64,000 nucleotides of DNA, taken from a virus. Shown piece after piece: positions 44,206 to 51,943 of this stretch. Both the position numbers and the translations under genes were made by a program. The notes beneath the pieces are model-generated. The model was given only the letters and a program-made list of their open reading frames with translations. It had not been told where the DNA came from and searched no databases. The stretch lies in the IMG/VR virus record IMGVR_UViG_3300037408_000506. The stretch is one strand, 5' to 3'. Each line of letters begins with the position of its first letter. Positions within the stretch are counted from its first letter, which is position 1.

Positions 44206-44994
44206 TCACCAATCGGCGGAGGCGGCGGAGGCGGGGGTGGGCGCGGGATCTGCCCGGCGGCAGGCGTCGAGCAGGTGGGCGCAACGGGCCGGGGTGGTCA
44301 CGCCGACGTGGAGCGGGAAGGGCGACCGGAGGGGGTCGCAGCCGTCATCGTGGTCGGCGTCCCAGGCGATCCCGACGGCGGCGAGGACGTGCCGACCGAC
44401 CAGGGCGAACAGGTCGAGCTGGGCGGGGATCCGAACCCACCAGGCGTCATCCCGGTCGTCGTACCAGTCGGGGCGCCAATCGGGGTCGTGGGTGCCGTCC
44501 TGGTGGGGGAACACCGCGAGCACGATCCCGTCGTCATCGGGGCCGTCGCAGAGGAATCCGCCGAACGGGGCGACGTGGGCCAGCGCCAGCCGGAGGGCGA
44601 AGATCCAGGCGGGACCATCGCTGGCCTGCTTGCGTCCCTTGCCCAGTCGGGTGAACGCGCCTATGCGGGTCGTTCCGGCATCGGATCCTCCGAGCCCGGC
44701 GGTGCCGCCGACGCCGATCCGGTCGGCGAGCAGGGCCAGGGCGGTGCTCGCGGGCGTGGGCGCGAGGCCCCAGGTAGCGGCGGTGAGGCGGGCGGCGGCC
44801 AGGGTCGCGTGCATCCGCTGGGCGTGTCGCGTGCCCTTGGTCACCGCGCACCAAAGGGCGTGGGCGGCGGGGTGGTCGCCGTGCTGGGCGTGGCCGTCTC
44901 CCGCGAACGGGCCGTGGTCCGCGCGGGTCACGGTGGCCAGGGCGGTGGCGAGATCCTGTGTCAGGGTGTCGATGGCGATGGCGTCGTGGGTCAT
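44206..44994 (-). CDS. Hypothetical protein (one of two minus-strand genes)
   Basis: CAGGAGG SD before ATG 44994; 262 aa. Confidence 0.65.
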   Translation of the reverse strand: MTHDAIAIDTLTQDLATALATVTRADHGPFAGDGHAQHGDHPAAHALWCAVTKGTRHAQRMHATLAAARLTAATWGLAPTPASTALALLADRIGVGGTAGLGGSDAGTTRIGAFTRLGKGRKQASDGPAWIFALRLALAHVAPFGGFLCDGPDDDGIVLAVFPHQDGTHDPDWRPDWYDDRDDAWWVRIPAQLDLFALVGRHVLAAVGIAWDADHDDGCDPLRSPFPLHVGVTTPARCAHLLDACRRADPAPTPASAASADW

Positions 44995-45145
44995 GGGAGC
45001 CTCCTGGCCGGGCATCGGTTGCCGGGCATCTGGCGTTCTGCGGTAGGAGACGCGGCAGCCCGTCCGAATCTGACAACTGGCAAACGGAATCGGCGCGGTA
45101 ACTGGATCTTGGCGAGGGGGCGATCTTTTGTGATAAAGTGGGGGG

Positions 45146-45520
45146 ATGAAAACATTGACCATGAAGACGCGGCCCCCCACGACCCCGGAGAGTTGCGGCA
45201 GCGGACGGGAGAGCGTGGAGTGTACCGACTTCTTTCTCCGCATTACGGCGACGATGGAGGTCATCCGGGCGGATCAGCAGCAGTTGTGTCGCAACGTCCT
45301 GGCCCTGGAATCCCGCCTGGCGGCGCTGGAGATGCAGAGCCAGCAGCGGGGCTATCAATGGCGCCAGGGGGACGGGGTGCCGCCGCGAGATCCGACGATG
45401 CGGACCCGGGCCACCGACAACTCCGCCCCTCAGAAGGGTTCGCCGTCGGTCGGCCTGGTGATCGCGCTGGTGGTCGCCGTGATGGTCGCGGGGGCGGCCT
45501 GGATCTGCCTGTTCGTGTGA
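45146..45520 (+). CDS. Hypothetical protein, coiled coil plus C-terminal TM
   Basis: VGLVIALVVAVMVAGAAWICLFV C-terminus; start uncertain. Confidence 0.5.
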   Translation: MKTLTMKTRPPTTPESCGSGRESVECTDFFLRITATMEVIRADQQQLCRNVLALESRLAALEMQSQQRGYQWRQGDGVPPRDPTMRTRATDNSAPQKGSPSVGLVIALVVAVMVAGAAWICLFV

Positions 45521-45540
45521 CGCGGGGCGCCAGATGGCTG

Positions 45541-45569
45541 TTGACGAACCCTTGGTCATCGGTTATTTT
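45541..45569 (+). promoter_or_regulatory. sigma70-type promoter
   Basis: TTGACG-N17-TATTTT. Confidence 0.55.
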
Positions 45570-45630
45570 GGGCGAGCGATGCCCGACATGATGTGGGGCG
45601 GATACCCATGAAAGCAACGGAGGTGAAGTC

Positions 45631-45855
45631 ATGAGTGACGAGAGCACGAGCGAGAAGGCGGCCAAGGCGGCAGCGGCAGGGGCGGCGGGCGCCGCAGCGG
45701 GGTACGGCACGGTGGTCGCGGCGGGGTTTACGGCAGCGGGTATGATGGGCGGGGGCGCGGGGATTGGCGCGGCGGCGGGGCCGGTGGGCGCGGCAGCCGG
45801 GGCCCTCCTGGGCCTGGCGGGTTACGGCCTCTATCGGTTATTCGACAGCGATTGA
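45631..45855 (+). CDS. Glycine-zipper small membrane peptide
   Basis: 74 aa with stacked GxxxG/AxxxG motifs; GGAGGTG SD. Confidence 0.65.
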   Translation: MSDESTSEKAAKAAAAGAAGAAAGYGTVVAAGFTAAGMMGGGAGIGAAAGPVGAAAGALLGLAGYGLYRLFDSD

Positions 45856-45865
45856 GAGGGCATGG

Positions 45866-46432
45866 ATGGCACGACGTGAGAAACCAGCATCGACCGACCA
45901 GTTAGACTTCTTTGCGCCTGCTCCGCTCCCGCCGAAGCCGCCCATGGTGGCCCCGCAGGCCGGGGCGCAGGCGCGGCCGGAGCCTGCCTCGTTGCCCATG
46001 CGGGGGGCGTTGCCTGCGTCGATGCGGGATGAGGCGGTGCCCCTGCCTGACGGGGCCTGCGCGAGCGGGGCCGAGGCGGTGTTGGCGATGGCCATCGCCC
46101 GATGGGAGCCGCTGATCCACCTGTGGGAGGGGGGCACGCCGGGCGTGTGTGCGCCCTACGTGGGGAATGCCGACGGTGGGGGAGCGTGGAAGGCGCGCTG
46201 GATGGCCACGGCGGACGCCGAGCGCGTGCTGCTGTTGGTGCGGTACGCTCAGCATGGCCAGCACGAGGGGCCGTTGCCGGACGGGGGCGGGACGCGGCGG
46301 GCGCAGGTCTGGCGGCGGGCCGACGAGGACCAGCGGGGGTTTGCGGTCCCGCTGGCCGTGGTCGCGGTGGAGCTGGGCGTCGCCGACCTCCTGGAGGCGC
46401 TGGCCGTGGCCCGGCAGCATCCGGTCCCATGA
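45866..46432 (+). CDS. Hypothetical protein
   Basis: GAGAGG SD; Pro-rich N-terminus. Confidence 0.5.
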   Translation: MARREKPASTDQLDFFAPAPLPPKPPMVAPQAGAQARPEPASLPMRGALPASMRDEAVPLPDGACASGAEAVLAMAIARWEPLIHLWEGGTPGVCAPYVGNADGGGAWKARWMATADAERVLLLVRYAQHGQHEGPLPDGGGTRRAQVWRRADEDQRGFAVPLAVVAVELGVADLLEALAVARQHPVP

Positions 46433-46436
46433 GGCG

Positions 46437-46464
46437 TTGACAAACGCTGGCAAGTAGTTAATAT
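46437..46464 (+). promoter_or_regulatory. sigma70-type promoter
   Basis: TTGACA-N16-TAATAT. Confidence 0.7.
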
Positions 46465-46504
46465 GATAGGGATGCCGGGCGCGGATGTTCGGCGCGGAGG
46501 ACGC

Positions 46505-46969
46505 ATGTTCAACAGCAACGACGAGGCGTACAAGGCATGGTTGGAGGCGCTGCAACCGGGCGACCAGGTCGCGATATTTAGCCCAGTCTCCGGCGGGGAA
46601 CGGATACAGGTCATGGTCGTGCGTCGTCGGACGCCGAGGTGGATCTTCGTGGGGTATCCACACAAGGAAGAAGAGCTGTACCGGATGCGCGTGAAGGACG
46701 GAACCCGCGTCGAGTCGTCGAAGGATGCGTTCTTCTCGGGGGAGACGCGCATCAGGCCGATCACGCCCGAGGTGACGCAGCGCCTTCGGATGCGGCGGAT
46801 CGAGGAGCAGGCGTGCAGCCTGGGGTGGCGCCTGTCGCGCATCGTGATCGTCCCGCCGCAGCATGGGGTCGGGGATCTGGCGGGGTTGGCCGGGGCGCTG
46901 GACGCGCTCCAGGCGGCGATGGACGCCGTGGACAAGATCTGGGCGGACCGGCGCGGCGACAAAGCATAG
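46505..46969 (+). CDS. Hypothetical early protein
   Basis: GGAGG SD before ATG 46505. Confidence 0.6.
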   Translation: MFNSNDEAYKAWLEALQPGDQVAIFSPVSGGERIQVMVVRRRTPRWIFVGYPHKEEELYRMRVKDGTRVESSKDAFFSGETRIRPITPEVTQRLRMRRIEEQACSLGWRLSRIVIVPPQHGVGDLAGLAGALDALQAAMDAVDKIWADRRGDKA

Positions 46970-46980
46970 AGGAGGCACGC

Positions 46981-47286
46981 ATGGAGATCAGGAACGAGGC
47001 GGAGGCGCGAGCCTGGGTGCGCGCGTGGCAGCAGGACGGCGGGCTGCGGATCGGCATCCTGAAGGCGGCGGTCGCTGGGATGCGGACGTGCGTGGGGCTG
47101 ACCTACAAGACGCCGGACATGCAGGCGGAGTACCGGGCGGCGCTGACCTACCTGGACGGGGTGCTGGCCGAGCTGGAGATCCAGCGGGAGCAGGCGGCGC
47201 GCGACCGCGAGCGCCTGGAGGAGGCCCGGCAGGACTTGGCGGAGGCCCGGATGGACCGAATCGCGAACGGGTATCGCCACTGGTAG
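46981..47286 (+). CDS. Hypothetical helical early protein
   Basis: GAGGAGG SD. Confidence 0.6.
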   Translation: MEIRNEAEARAWVRAWQQDGGLRIGILKAAVAGMRTCVGLTYKTPDMQAEYRAALTYLDGVLAELEIQREQAARDRERLEEARQDLAEARMDRIANGYRHW

Positions 47287-47298
47287 GAGAGGAACGTC

Positions 47299-47955
47299 AT
47301 GAGAGATCCATTTGAGGGCGTGATTCAGCCGGGCCAGTCGGGCTGGTACTGGCACGAGGGCCGCGTGATCGAGGTGGTGCGGCACGCGGACGGGACGTTG
47401 TGGGTGTTCTGGCGGGTCGAGGGGAAGGATCCCCGGTTGGACTTCCCGACCGGCCCCCGGTGCGTGGAGCCCGAGGAGGACCAGGCCCGCAGGGCTCTCA
47501 ATACGCAGTTCCAGGGACTGCTGCAACAGAGCGAACGGGACAAAAACATTGCCGCGTTGCAGATCGAGCGGCTCCAGGGGGCGCTAGATGCGGAGAAGGC
47601 TTACTACGCCTGCCTCCAGGGGGAGTTCAATCGGGCGGTGGCGTTGGCGCAGGAGCACTGTCCCAAGCCGGAGTTGGGGCAGTCCTGGTTGATGGCGGGC
47701 ATCCCCTTGTTGGCCCAGCGGGCGGCGGCGCTAGAGGTTGAGGTCGAGCGGCTCAAGGGGCAGCTAAACCTACAGGAGTGCGATACCATCTTCTGGAGGG
47801 AACGGGCGGAAAAGGCAGCCGCACGGGAGCGGGCGGCGATTGTGGCGTGGTTACGAAGTGGAACACGTCTAAGCCCAACGAGATACGCCCTAATCTATGC
47901 GACCTCAATAGAAGCGGGCCAGCACTGGCCCACGGAGGGGGGGACGCCATCATGA
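47299..47955 (+). CDS. Mosaic early protein (WYW...PTGPRC, coiled coil, ERAAxVAWLR...HWPTEGG)
   Basis: Modules shared with 47952..48515 and 49080..49607. Confidence 0.6.
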   Translation: MRDPFEGVIQPGQSGWYWHEGRVIEVVRHADGTLWVFWRVEGKDPRLDFPTGPRCVEPEEDQARRALNTQFQGLLQQSERDKNIAALQIERLQGALDAEKAYYACLQGEFNRAVALAQEHCPKPELGQSWLMAGIPLLAQRAAALEVEVERLKGQLNLQECDTIFWRERAEKAAARERAAIVAWLRSGTRLSPTRYALIYATSIEAGQHWPTEGGTPS

Positions 47956-48515
47956 CTGCGTCGAGACATGAACTATGCTGTGCCTGCGGTGAGCTAACGG
48001 ATCGAGCGGGCAAGGCGGACGATTCGCTTTATCTGCTGAACGAAGGTCCGTTTTGTGAGGGCTGCTATGAAGTGCGCACCTCATATGCGGGAATAGTAGA
48101 TGCGCAACTACGTCAGCACATCACCGAATTAGAGGCCGAGGTCGAGCGGCTCAAGGGGGAGCTGCAACAGGAGCGGGCGGATCGCGAGCGGGCGTGGATT
48201 GCCAACTGGCGCTTCACGATCTCGGTCGAGTCCAGCGAGCCCCAGCGGCCGGGGCCGTACAATCGCGTCACTGCGACCATTGCGGACATCGGGCACGCGG
48301 ATCGCGGCGTGATCCTGGATCCCGAGGTGCCGTTGGTGCCCGCCAGCGATGTGGTCGCGCTGAAGGCTGATGTCGAGCGGCTCCAGGAGCACACCTGGGA
48401 GCAGGAGCGAGCGGCGGTGGTGGCGTGGCTAAGAAATGATAAACGCGGCATGAGAACATGGGCAGGGTGTATCGAGCGTGGCGAGCACTGGCCCACGGAG
48501 GGAGGGAAGCTATGA
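47952..48515 (+). CDS. Mosaic early protein with CxxC and shared C-terminal module
   Basis: CACG...CEGC; LEAEVERLKG; HWPTEGG. Confidence 0.6.
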   Translation: MTASRHELCCACGELTDRAGKADDSLYLLNEGPFCEGCYEVRTSYAGIVDAQLRQHITELEAEVERLKGELQQERADRERAWIANWRFTISVESSEPQRPGPYNRVTATIADIGHADRGVILDPEVPLVPASDVVALKADVERLQEHTWEQERAAVVAWLRNDKRGMRTWAGCIERGEHWPTEGGKL

Positions 48516-48709
48516 CCCCAGAACAGCGAGTGGCGTATGTTGCGGCGCAGACGGCAGCGGCGTTGATCGAGATGGAGGCCATGAAGGCGGCGAACAAGGA
48601 GCGGGAGATGCACGGGTACGCCCTGGCGTGGGACGAGGGGGCGTTCCTGGCTTTGATCACGAAGTACGGGTTGGACGGGAACACGATTGTCAAGCTGTTT
48701 CAAGACTGA
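48512..48709 (+). CDS. Small hypothetical protein
   Basis: ATGA overlap, GGAGGG SD. Confidence 0.55.
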   Translation: MTPEQRVAYVAAQTAAALIEMEAMKAANKEREMHGYALAWDEGAFLALITKYGLDGNTIVKLFQD

Positions 48710-48720
48710 TCGGAGGAACT

Positions 48721-49083
48721 ATGAAGAAGATAATGACGCCAGAGGATGTGTTGTTCGTACCAGACAAGGTTGAGTCCCATAATCTTGTATCTTTTGTCGC
48801 AGGTCGTGCAAAGAGCATGGGGAATTCATATGCGTCAAAAAGAGGCAGCAATGGAGATCTAAACGAGTCAATTTTAGGCGAAATTTCTTATGCGTATGCA
48901 GAGGGATGGTGCAGGTCACTTGACAGATTGCAGCTCGCCATATCCGACTATTACAACAAAGACAAACGCGGCAAGATGATCCTTCACGGGACTTTGCAGG
49001 AACTTATGTCAGTGCGCGAGTCGGTCAAGAAGTCCAACGTTGGCATAGCGATTGAGATCGGGATCAATGAGGATGAGCCATGA
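48721..49083 (+). CDS. Hypothetical protein, AT-richer than its neighbours
   Basis: GGAGG SD. Confidence 0.55.
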   Translation: MKKIMTPEDVLFVPDKVESHNLVSFVAGRAKSMGNSYASKRGSNGDLNESILGEISYAYAEGWCRSLDRLQLAISDYYNKDKRGKMILHGTLQELMSVRESVKKSNVGIAIEIGINEDEP

Positions 49084-49607
49084 GCGAGCCAGCGGGGCGC
49101 GTGTGGTTGGAGCAGGACGGCGAGGAGATGTGGCTACATATGACAACCTCGACCGGGAAGGAGGCCAGCATGTACCTGGGGGCACGTCGCGCCGAGGACA
49201 AGCTGACGCGCCTGTGGAGGATCATGGCCGAGCTGGCAGCGGCCAAGGTGGGGCGGCCACCCGACGCGGCTGGGGACGGGACGGTCCCGGCGCGGGCGGC
49301 GGGCCGCGTGGTGCAGGGCGACGCGACGGAGGAGCTGTTCGATGAGGTCAACTTCGGGCAGCCGAGATGGTACTGGGATCACGACCAGGTGGTGCAGGTC
49401 ATCCGCGAGAGTTCGGGCGCGTTGTCGTGTACGTTGCCGGGGGATCGGGACGGGGAGTTGCCCACAGGGCCACGGTGTCTAACCCGCGAAGAGGTGGAGG
49501 CCCTCCAGGCGGACAATGAACGCCTGCGGAAGGAGGTCCAAGCATTGCAAAACAAGATGGCCTTCTGGCACCTGGCCCACGCGCGGATGCTGAGGTCGGA
49601 GCCATGA
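49080..49607 (+). CDS. Mosaic early protein (WYW...PTGPRC module)
   Basis: ATGA overlap; shares a module with 47299..47955. Confidence 0.55.
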   Translation: MSEPAGRVWLEQDGEEMWLHMTTSTGKEASMYLGARRAEDKLTRLWRIMAELAAAKVGRPPDAAGDGTVPARAAGRVVQGDATEELFDEVNFGQPRWYWDHDQVVQVIRESSGALSCTLPGDRDGELPTGPRCLTREEVEALQADNERLRKEVQALQNKMAFWHLAHARMLRSEP

Positions 49608-49945
49608 GACCAGTACCCTTGCTACCGATGATGTTGGTGGTGTTCGTGCTCGGCAGCGTGGCCCTGGGCGCAGTCTGGGGAAAGCGGGTACGGGCGGCGG
49701 ACGATGAGGCTGCGGCGTCCAAGGAGATGGCGTCCGATCTGGAGCAAGACCTCGTGGATTGTCAGATCCAGTTGCGGGGTGTGATCTTGGAATCGGACAA
49801 GCGCAAACAGGGTGCGCTCGGCGCCGCGAACCTGGCGCAGGGGGAAGAGGTGTACCTCCGATGTCCCGAGGGGGAGCGATGCAGTCGCATCTTCCTGGAT
49901 GCGGAGAACCGCGTGCAGATCGAGCCATACGCGGAGGCGCCATGA
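49604..49945 (+). CDS. Membrane-anchored coiled-coil protein
   Basis: N-terminal TM. Confidence 0.5.
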   Translation: MRPVPLLPMMLVVFVLGSVALGAVWGKRVRAADDEAAASKEMASDLEQDLVDCQIQLRGVILESDKRKQGALGAANLAQGEEVYLRCPEGERCSRIFLDAENRVQIEPYAEAP

Positions 49946-50211
49946 GCGAGCGCATGTCCGTGGGCGAGCAGATGGTGTGGGCGGCGGCGTTCGCCTTGGC
50001 CCGCGAACAGCAACGCGACGACCCCAACAGGTTCCATACGGATGGCTCGTGGAATGAGCCCTACCTCGTGTACCTGGCCCAGTCCGCCGCAGAGGCGGGG
50101 AGCGCGGCGGTGAGCGCCATGCGTGACGCGGAGAGATCCAGCCTTGAAGCGTTTGGAGCCGGGTCGTCAACGGCAGAGATGCTGAGAATCATGTCAGGGG
50201 AGGAACCATGA
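49942..50211 (+). CDS. Hypothetical protein
   Basis: GGAGG SD, ATGA overlap. Confidence 0.55.
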   Translation: MSERMSVGEQMVWAAAFALAREQQRDDPNRFHTDGSWNEPYLVYLAQSAAEAGSAAVSAMRDAERSSLEAFGAGSSTAEMLRIMSGEEP

Positions 50212-50489
50212 GCGAATGTGAGATCGAAAAAGACGGGGAGTATGTCGGGCGGTATGAGTGCGCGACCCATGGCGTGTGGTATTGCGACTCGGACAGAAAG
50301 CCCAAGGCGTCGTGCCCCGTCGGCGAGGCCGAAGAGGGATTGCGGCGCGAGATGGCGCAGTTGCACGCCGAGATCTTCCGGTTGAAGCCGATGGCGTATC
50401 AGGTCGAGGAGCTGCAAGCCGAGCTGCGGCAGATCCGGGAGGCGGTCGCCGAAGGAGCGCCCCACTTGTTCTTGCCGGAGGCGCGATGA
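50208..50489 (+). CDS. Hypothetical protein (Cys motif plus coiled coil)
   Basis: GGAGG SD, ATGA overlap. Confidence 0.55.
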   Translation: MSECEIEKDGEYVGRYECATHGVWYCDSDRKPKASCPVGEAEEGLRREMAQLHAEIFRLKPMAYQVEELQAELRQIREAVAEGAPHLFLPEAR

Positions 50490-50707
50490 GCACGTCCATG
50501 GCAGCCTACTTCAAGCTGTTGACCGAGCACGACTGGCACTACGAGTACGCAGACGACTTCCGGGCGTGGACGAAAGGGGCGGAGGAGCGCCGCCGCCTGG
50601 AGTATCTCGCCCTGGGGAGTGAACAGCGGGCGGCCCTCTATCAGGCGTTCCGAGACTTCCATGCGGGGCGCACGACGCAGCGCCCGACCTGCCCAGAGGA
50701 GACATGA
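50486..50707 (+). CDS. Small phage protein (HDWHYEYADD motif)
   Basis: GGAGG SD; LxxHDWxYxYxDDxxxWxxG pattern recalled from small phage ORFs. Confidence 0.6.
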   Translation: MSTSMAAYFKLLTEHDWHYEYADDFRAWTKGAEERRRLEYLALGSEQRAALYQAFRDFHAGRTTQRPTCPEET

Positions 50708-50958
50708 GGATGGAAGAAGAGACGTTTACGCGATCCTGCTTGCTGGCGGCGGTGACCAAGGTCGTGGATGTTTTGGAGCTTACTGATCCCAACGCCATCC
50801 CGCCCATCGCTGTGGATGCTGTGAGCTTTCGGATGGTGAACGCGGTGCGGTGTCTGAGCCCTGGAGAAATCCGTCACGCCCTGGCGCTGCGGATCGCGGA
50901 GGTCCACCCGCCCGACCTGGCGACAGGTGATCACGGGGCGGAAGGGGAACCGTTCTAG
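50704..50958 (+). CDS. Hypothetical protein
   Basis: GAGGAG SD, ATGA overlap. Confidence 0.5.
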   Translation: MRMEEETFTRSCLLAAVTKVVDVLELTDPNAIPPIAVDAVSFRMVNAVRCLSPGEIRHALALRIAEVHPPDLATGDHGAEGEPF

Positions 50959-51097
50959 GGGCGACTGCGGGGGGAAGATAAAAAAAAGCGACGCGCTCGA
51001 CGAGATGTGGGGGGAACATCGGGGTGCCAAGCGCATCGCAGGGGGAAACCTAACACACCCGATCTGGGGAATCAAGCGATCCGGGCGGATCGCAGAG

Positions 51098-51113
51098 GCG
51101 AACCTGGGTTCGT
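51098..51113. promoter_or_regulatory. 16-bp palindrome copy 9 (variant, reverse)
   Basis: GCGAACCTGGGTTCGT. Confidence 0.7.
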
Positions 51114-51709
51114 GTCAATTTTACCATGTGCAACGCCTTCGATATTTTATATGGGGCATTTGTCAACAGGTGCGGTCTACTGTGATCTCGCGGAGTTACA
51201 GTACGAAGTCGGGTTTTACTTGACACGACATTTGGATCAGGGCACATGGGGGGAGGGACGCGCAAGCGGCCCGGGGGGCAAGCGCCGCCCCCGAATCCCT
51301 GACCCCCGACGCTCTGAGCTGGCCGCACCAATCCCCTTCCTGATCGGATGCCTCAATGCGGCAACGCCCCCCGGTGGGGGGGAGGCGCGGGGCTCGGGCC
51401 GCGCCGGGGGGGATCGGGCGCTTCGGATGTAAGCAGGGGTCCGTCCAGCGCAGGGCCCCCGGAAGATATCCGCCCTGTCCAGCGATGCGCTGTACTTTGA
51501 TGAATACATGGTGGGGGTGGTTTGCAAACACCAAGGGATCGGGGCAGGGCGGGCGGGTGCGGGTGGGCGCTCCTGGGCGTTCCTGGATACATGGTGGACG
51601 TTGTTTTGCGTTGACGCTGGGGTGGGAAGGCGCTATCCCGAGATGTCCAGATCGCACTGCCCATTCAGGGGATCCGGGCCGTTCGTGGTCTCTCGCCAAT
51701 GAGGGACTT

Positions 51710-51746
51710 GGGCCGTGACTGTGCCAGCAGCGCGGCCCTTTTTTTT
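51710..51746 (+). terminator. Intrinsic terminator
   Basis: GGGCCGTG...CGCGGCCC stem followed by T8. Confidence 0.75.
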
Positions 51747-51883
51747 ATCCAGATGCGTATTGCGTAGCATGTGGCGGGCACGCTAGGATGGCGCGGCTAT
51801 CGATCCTGGCAGATCGATGTTTACTCGGAGATCCACGTGGGAGTAAGGGATGGGGTTGGACTGGGGGCGTGAATCTCGGCGAT

Positions 51884-51920
51884 AAAAAAAAGGCCGTCCA
51901 GCGCAGCACACCGGACGGCC
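51884..51920 (-). terminator. Hairpin, minus-strand intrinsic terminator
   Basis: A8-GGCCGTCC-N13-GGACGGCC (perfect 8-bp stem, T8 on the minus strand). Confidence 0.6.
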
Positions 51921-51943
51921 TCAAACGAAAGGACGTGACGTGC

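Noticed and set aside
1813-47526. Many long minus-strand and alternative-frame ORFs in the track (e.g. 3795..5498, 5958..7391, 24789..26195, 33752..35014)
   Set aside because: They are R/P/G-rich shadow ORFs expected from GC-rich coding DNA, lack an SD, and overlap better-supported genes.
51788-51943. N-terminal extension of the antirepressor from ATG 51788
   Set aside because: It runs through an A8 tract and a perfect hairpin that look regulatory, and ATG 51944 has a better SD.
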